In this document: positions 60,194-64,000 of the stretch, one piece after another
Numbering within the stretch: position 1 is the stretch's first letter
How the letters are laid out: every line of letters begins with the position of its first letter
Assembly: GCA_024704765.1 (NCBI GenBank)
Contig: JAKMXF010000244.1
Span: 611,905 to 675,904 of the forward strand
Direction: 5' to 3'
DNA: 64,000 bases
From: Oopsacas minuta
Taxonomy: Eukaryota; Animalia; Porifera
The notes under the pieces: generated by a model
Database searches by the model: none
What the model was told of the DNA's origin: nothing
What the model saw: the letters and a program-made list of their open reading frames with translations, nothing else
Translations under genes and position numbers: made by a program

Positions 60194-61710
60194 CAGGCTT
60201 GTCCAACCTTTTTTGTTCGCGGGACAAATGAGGGCTTCTTTAGCTACTTGAGGGCCGCACGACATTGGATATATCAAGGTAGCATGATGATATTTTTTGG
60301 GGATGGTGTTAATACGGATAATTTCAGAATTGAAAAATCACTACATGTATTATTAAATTAGAGTAAACTTTAATGATAAAGAACATATCTAATGGGATAT
60401 TTGACTTTGTTTTTTTTACACAAAGAGTCAATATCTGCTCGTACACTTGATGTCGCAATCCGTAATATTCCTGTATCTACTCACAGATAGTCCTCACTAG
60501 ATCTGAACGAAAAAACATTTTTCATCATTGAGAAAAGCTGTTCACAGCAATACGTGCTGCCAAATAAGGAAAGGAACCTAAGGGAGTGTTGCGATAAATT
60601 AGGAAATAGATCCGATGTAACATATTGACCATAAAATGTCAGAAGGTCAGCTCTGCAAAAGCTCTCTTTCTCTCCGAGTTATTTTGTATTTCAATTAGTT
60701 CCAGTTGGAACATTTCAGGAGCATTAGTGGCATCAGTTCTAAACGGATCTGCAAACAACTCCATTTCATCGAATTTGTCACTAAAATCAGAAAATCTTAG
60801 TTCAAATTCATCGATTAAGCTGTTGATCAGTGCAGAATACTTGTCATGGTTCACTGTCTCACTTTTTCTTGAAGATAATGTTGAGAAATGTATCACCTTT
60901 TTCAAAATAAATTGTTGGTGGAATAATTGTAATTTGTTGCTGAACGCTTTGACATGCTCATACAGGTTGTTAACGAATTGTTTTCTTCCTTGTAGTTTCT
61001 GATTTAAATCTGCGAGTTACTTAGTTATGTCAACTAGAAATGCGAGATCATTCAACCACTGATTATCATCCAGAAAGCTCACATCTTTTCCCTTAATGGT
61101 CGTGAATGTTTTTATTTCTTCAAGTAGTGACCAGTATCTGGCTAGAGTAGACGCTCTGCTGAGCCAGCGAACTTGGCTAAAGTAAATATCATCGTTATAG
61201 TCTGATCCTACATCTGCAAGAAACGCTTGGAATTGTCTGTGATTGAGTCCCTTCGACCTTATGAAATTGACTGTATTGACGACATTTCCATCGCAAGTTT
61301 CATATCTAAGGTTTTTGCACAAACTGTTCTTGGTGAATAATGCAGTGGTATGCCATAACAGGAGAGGCCATTGATTTGAGCATAAGGCTAACAAAACTTT
61401 TATGCTTTCCTGTCATAGCTGGGCCTCCATCAGTTGTTAAACCACTTAGTTTTTCATCAGCAAGTTTGAATTTCGTAAACACATGTTTTAATACATTGAA
61501 AATATCTTGCCAAGTATATGTGTCTTTCATTGGACATAAGTCGAGCAGTTCCTCGAGTATTTCGAAATTTTCTGTGACACCACCTACAAAGATTGCCAGT
61601 TGAGCTGTGTCGCTTACATCGGTACTTTCATCAAGAGCAAAGCTGTAAAATTTGCAAGCCTTGAGTCGTTTAATTAGGGAAATTTCAATGTTGGATGATA
61701 CAGTCTGTCA
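60194..61710 (-). mobile_element. hAT Charlie/SPIN-type (GTF2IRD2-like) transposase remnant, 5' truncated
   Basis: FALDESTD, TTDGGPAM, HCIIHQE, VRWLSR and LAFLVDIT. Terminal CAGGCTTGTCCAACC at 60194. Confidence 0.85.
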
Positions 61711-61814
61711 ACTTGAAATTGGGAAGATCTTTGTTTTTCCCTAGCTACAAGTACATTTAATGTATTTCTATTCTAAATATGTTATTAGAATCCTTAAACA
61801 ATCAATAATATAGT

Positions 61815-61984
61815 AAGCCTAATAATTTAACTTATTTCCGTTACTTTTCCGTAGTAATTTGACTCTTTTTGGCATCGATGACCAAAATGGACGTAAAAAT
61901 TCATGTTCTAAAGAATTCCATACTTCATTTAGCTCCCTTTCCAGCTCATTTAAATTTCGTGGTGACTTCAAATCGATTTCTCTC
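61815..61984 (-). mobile_element. C-terminal fragment of a Tc1-like transposase, cut at N
   Basis: PRNLNELERELNEVWNSL..SMPKRVKLLRKSNG. Confidence 0.7.
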
Positions 61985-61985
61985 N

Positions 61986-62290
61986 CCACACACGATATCT
62001 GCTGTAACTCGCTGAAGATCTGTACGGGCTGGATCTTGAGTTTTGCGCGAAACTCTATGTAAGCTCGCTATTTGAGGTTGAAATTATCATCCTTTGAAGC
62101 CATAAATTCAACAGTGGGTATAAATTGTCTACACGTAGCTATCTCAAAAATTCATAATTTGTATTGAATAAGCTTGAAACTTTCAGTACATGGAGTTTAA
62201 CTATATGGGCTTATAATATATGAAAGCTAGATATATTACTTGACTAATTCCTAAGATATCATGACCCGCAAGACTTATTGAACGCCCTGA
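61986..62290 (-). mobile_element. 5' end of a second mariner A copy, cut at N
   Basis: Highly similar to 17820-18123. TIR TCAGGGCGTTCAATAAGTCTTGC with TA flank. Confidence 0.88.
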
Positions 62291-62693
62291 TAGGTGTCAA
62301 CGGCTAATTGGAAATTGTAGCTATTTTCAGCCATTAGTCTACTGTTTATTATTGTAAAATGTAAATCCTCCTTGAGAGTGAATTTCCATATTAATTTCAT
62401 GCACTACTGAAACACCAAAATCTCACGACTTGGAGAGAATCAAGGTTGGCATCAATGGCATTATTATAAATAATATATATATGATATTTCAAGTGCAGCG
62501 AACAATGTGGAGTAAACCCATTTACAGTTGGGTTGGTTTAAGAATATTTGTAAGGTTTTGAAGTACAATATGAATTATTCAGAATTAAAGTTTAATTAAC
62601 AAACTTTGCAGACGGTATTTCACATTTATAAGATTTGAAACTAGCCCCTGTATATAATTTGTAGCTCGACTATGGATACAAATAGATATTATA

Positions 62694-63323
62694 CAGGGTG
62701 GCTCATAAGTTCTGTGACATCTATGTTAACCCATCTAAATATTCAAAATGTACTATTCATGCTAGATGTTCTAATTAGACTAACACTATATGCTAATAAT
62801 ATGCTAGAAATAGCCACATTCTATATACCCTCCCCTCTTCTCAATTACAGCCTTTAGTCTGCGAGGGAAGGCCTCAACCGCAGCACGCAGTGTTTCTTGA
62901 GGTATTTTAGCCAATTCTCTCCTCAACGACACCTTAAGAGATTCTACATTGGTGTGGGCCTTAGCACAAGCCTTTGTCTCCAAAATCGACCAGATAGAGT
63001 AATCCATTGAATTCAAATCGGGGCTGTATGAGGCCCATTCGTCTTTGGGAATAAAATCGAGAATATTCTCTTTTAACCATGCCTGAGTGACTTTGGAGGT
63101 GTGGGTAGGCGCACCGTCCTGTTGAAACAGAAATGACTCTCCAAAAAACATGGACTGGCTTTGATCTTTCAGTACAGGTTCTAATATCAGTTTGCGATAT
63201 GAAATTGAATTAATTTTAGCCCCTGGTAGGACAAATATCAGGGATGTCCGACCAATTACCAAAATTCCAGCCCAAACCATGACAGATTGTGGTTTTTGAA
63301 CTCGTCCGATGTAATACAGCTCG
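62694..63323 (-). mobile_element. 3' half of a maT (DD37D) element, cut at N
   Basis: TIR CAGGGTGGCTCATAAGTTCTG with TA flank. ORF 62804-63280 contains FQQDGAP and SPDLNSMD. Confidence 0.9.
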
Positions 63324-63324
63324 N

Positions 63325-63447
63325 CATGAAAACTAGAGCATGCAGAAAGAAACTGATTGCAGATTTGAAATCAGCATCCCAAAATTATATAGAATCAATT
63401 GAAAAATCTCATGCAACAAAAAATGAAAAAAAAATTGTTGAGCAGTG
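63325..63447. mobile_element. Terminus of a Chapaev-type element, cut at N
   Basis: Ends ttgttgagcagtg with flank taa. Subterminal gctgatttcaaatctgc matches the 24042-27644 element ends. Confidence 0.65.
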
Positions 63448-64000
63448 TAATCAAATATGATGTTGACTTATGAAATTCGTAAAGGGTAATAATCTATTGA
63501 AAATAATGATAAACATAATCATTTGAATATTATTCAAGGTGCATCATAACATTATTTAGATTACCGTTATAAAAAACGAAATTCTTTGATTTTCTGCAAG
63601 AACAATATTTTGAGAAGATTAACATTCAATTCGACTAACAAATATACAGGCTTTGATACCCGAATTATTTTCCAGGAATTACCAAACTTGATTGAAGTTT
63701 AGGGACACCGTGGTCCTATTCATGTATATAAATTATTGAACCTAACTCTAACGGTAACCAAGTTATGACGTCACATACTATATAAGGTAATTGGCAGTAT
63801 GTGACGGAGAAACTTGTTAACAGTTAGAGCTAGATATTAGAACTGTATTATTCATGAATATGATGTCACCGAATGGGATTAGACCCTTTATTATTAAAAT
63901 TTTTCAGATATGGCTAGATTCTGTTCGAATCCATTTGTCACAATTCCATCATCATTTCAACCTATTTTGAATGCAAGTACAGCTCATTAAACACCATGCA

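Overview
AT-rich eukaryotic genomic DNA (spliceosomal introns, animal-like transposon repertoire; the organism cannot be established from sequence alone). It is dominated by nested DNA transposons, and four single-N characters (43598, 56791, 61985, 63324) each sit at a junction between truncated elements and look like assembly joins. Two host genes are recognisable. The first is an Enhancer-of-polycomb (EPC1-like) gene on +, split into exons 18525-18941 and 34891-35850 by a 15.9-kb TE-filled intron. The second is the first exon of ALG2 on - (59128-59625), whose 3' half is not found in the window. Mobile elements: a complete Ginger element (4900-10121; intron-split gypsy-type integrase plus OTU protease domain, ~84-bp TGT..ACA TIRs, GACG TSD), a complete Transib/RAG1-like element (47879-50847; CACAGTG termini, TAATT TSD), Chapaev3, four DD37D maT elements (one with an intact ORF), DD34D mariners, THAP/P-elements, hAT, KDZ, Mutator-like and DIRS remnants, and several MITEs. 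Two observations stand out. (1) A canonical type III hammerhead ribozyme fold with a loop I-loop II pseudoknot lies in the sense-strand 3' UTR of the Ginger transposase, preceded by a ~137-nt structured non-coding module that is ~89% conserved next to a second, much more divergent Ginger remnant. (2) The Transib-type transposase carries a region resembling the RAG1 nonamer-binding domain. All alignments to known proteins were done by eye from memory; no database search or folding program was run.
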